Made by a program: the position numbers and the translations under genes
Source of the DNA: Alphaproteobacteria bacterium
GTDB lineage: Bacteria > Pseudomonadota > Alphaproteobacteria > JAUHZY01
DNA: 64,000 bases
Direction: 5' to 3'
Assembly (NCBI GenBank): GCA_030425825.1
Contig: JAUHZY010000001.1
Coordinates: 743,607 to 807,606 of the forward strand
Part shown: positions 62,777 to 64,000 of the stretch, in pieces
How positions within the stretch are numbered: the first letter of the stretch is position 1
Layout of the letters: every line of letters starts with the position of its first letter
The notes under the pieces: generated by a model
What the model was told of the DNA's origin: nothing
What the model saw: only the letters and a program-made list of their open reading frames with translations
The model's database searches: none

Positions 62777-63894
62777 TATTTCAGCCCTATAAAGTTTAAG
62801 AAATTATGTTTGATCTTGCCAAAAAAACCAAGCACTTTAACAGACTTGGCAGCAATAGCTTTTCTTTTAATTGATGTCTTATCATCCAAATAAAAAACAA
62901 CTTCGCCAACGTCTTGACCTTTTTGAATTGGTGCAGCAATTGGCTCTTTTGCAATTAACTTAACATTCAACGCACCTTTTAAAAACTTAGGTAAAGAAAC
63001 TATAAAATCCGCATCAACTGTGACAGGAAGCGTTTCTGTAGCACCACCCCAAACTTTCAAATCTCCGACCTTTTCACCTTTTTGGGCAAGACGATAGTTC
63101 ACAAATGATTTAAAGCCGTTTTCCAAAAGTTTTTCTGCCGCATTCTGCCTTTCAGCATCAGACCTCAGGCCATTCACGACAGAGACCAAGCGACGGCCTT
63201 CACGCTTTGCTGACACAACAATTCCGTATCCAGAAGCTTCTGTATGTCCTGTTTTAACACCATCCACACCGCCAGCTGACCACAATAACTTATTTCTGTT
63301 ATACTGGCGAATTTTTTGGTATGTGAACTCACGTTCTGCAAAAAGATAATAATATTCGGGAAAGTTATCGATCATTTTTTTTGTTAGTATAGCCAAATCA
63401 AAAGCCGTTGTGACATGTTGTGGATCGGGCCATCCGGTTGCATTTTTATAAAATGTGCTATTCATACCTATGTTAATAGCTGTTTGGTTCATAATGTCGG
63501 CAAACTTGTCTTCTGTTCCAGCAATACCTTCCGCAAGAGCAATCGCAGCATCATTACCAGACTGAATAACAAGTCCCTTCAAAAGATCAGAGACAGTTAC
63601 ATCCGTGTTTACTAAAACGAACATTTTTGAGCCGCCCTTTTTCCAGGCTTTCTTACTGACCCGAAAAGTATCATTTAATTTTATATGACCTGACTTTAAT
63701 TGGTCAAAAACAACATAAGCCGTCATTATTTTTGTCATAGATGCAGGGTACATTGTTTGACTAGCATTCTTTTCAAACAAAACCATTCCAGTTGTTGTGT
63801 CCATCAACACTGCTTGAGAAGCTTTTGTTTGTAGTGCGTATGCAGAATGACAAAAAGCCAGCAGAATAAGAATTGTTAAGCTTATCTTTCTCAT
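62776..63894 (-). CDS. dacC: D-alanyl-D-alanine carboxypeptidase (PBP5/6-like)
   Basis: Signal peptide, plus SMTK (SxxK), SGN and KTGHT motifs. Confidence 0.9.
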   Translation of the reverse strand: MRKISLTILILLAFCHSAYALQTKASQAVLMDTTTGMVLFEKNASQTMYPASMTKIMTAYVVFDQLKSGHIKLNDTFRVSKKAWKKGGSKMFVLVNTDVTVSDLLKGLVIQSGNDAAIALAEGIAGTEDKFADIMNQTAINIGMNSTFYKNATGWPDPQHVTTAFDLAILTKKMIDNFPEYYYLFAEREFTYQKIRQYNRNKLLWSAGGVDGVKTGHTEASGYGIVVSAKREGRRLVSVVNGLRSDAERQNAAEKLLENGFKSFVNYRLAQKGEKVGDLKVWGGATETLPVTVDADFIVSLPKFLKGALNVKLIAKEPIAAPIQKGQDVGEVVFYLDDKTSIKRKAIAAKSVKVLGFFGKIKHNFLNFIGLK

Positions 63895-63905
63895 AGCATC
63901 CTTCT

Positions 63906-64000
63906 TTACTCTACAACCAGGTGAGGTCTATCAAACCCACTCTCTCTCAATTCTAAAATTGTCCTTTGTGCTTTCTCACGAGAAGCAAACGGACCTAATC
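63906..64000 (-). CDS. C-terminal end of a SPOR-domain protein (RlpA-like by synteny); 5' part lies outside the window
   Basis: The minus-strand frame ends ..LGPFASREKAQRTILELRESGFDRPHLVVE*, a typical SPOR-domain C-terminus. rlpA-dacC-tmk-holB is a common alphaproteobacterial order. Confidence 0.5.
   Translation of the reverse strand, partial: LGPFASREKAQRTILELRESGFDRPHLVVE

Overview
The window is a densely packed, AT-rich alphaproteobacterial chromosome segment, and the gene set and synteny resemble a reduced, probably host-associated Rickettsiales/Holosporales-like lineage. All assignments come from reading motifs and gene order by eye, with no database search. Almost every base is coding.

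Recognisable blocks, in order:
- atpG(partial)-atpD-atpC, plus two appended genes.
- A complete ISC Fe-S operon on the minus strand: iscR, a NifS-like gene, iscS-iscU-iscA-hscB-hscA-fdx.
- A small PHA module: phaR and a PhaC-like gene.
- pyrG-secG-tpiA-cca-pgk-trxA.
- The alphaproteobacterial tsaE-amgK-murU-addB-addA cluster.
- uvrB, tRNA-Leu(UAG), ybgC-tolQ and an MscS channel.
- grpE, rph, dnaK-dnaJ.
- An orphan-rich stretch at about 38.4-49.4 kb, interleaved with bioA, a lolA-like gene and ispG.
- trpB-trpA-accD, slt, recG.
- The rlpA(partial)-dacC-tmk-holB-metG-tatD-MBL block.

I saw no CRISPR array, IS element, integrase or rRNA.

Features I added that the ORF track misses or obscures:
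- Two conserved small ORFs under 60 aa: an NDUFS6-like zf-CHCC protein and an SDHAF4/DUF1674-like protein.
- A tRNA-Leu.
- A near-consensus IscR type-1 box.
- Sigma-32-type promoters for dnaK and grpE.
- A dnaK-dnaJ hairpin.
- A palindromic DnaA-box cluster in the only large convergent intergenic gap.

The most unusual content:
- An arginase-fold gene with insertions, overlapping a TfoX_C gene.
- An APH/kinase-fold orphan translationally overlapping ispG.
- Secreted and membrane-hairpin orphans.
- A redoxin-like/2OG-oxygenase fusion.
- An HscB with a mitochondrial-type Cys4 N-terminus.
- A divergent AdoMetDC-fold + GNAT pair attached to the atp operon.

No classical defence or mobile system is evident. 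The novelty candidates are hypotheses that need profile or structure searches.
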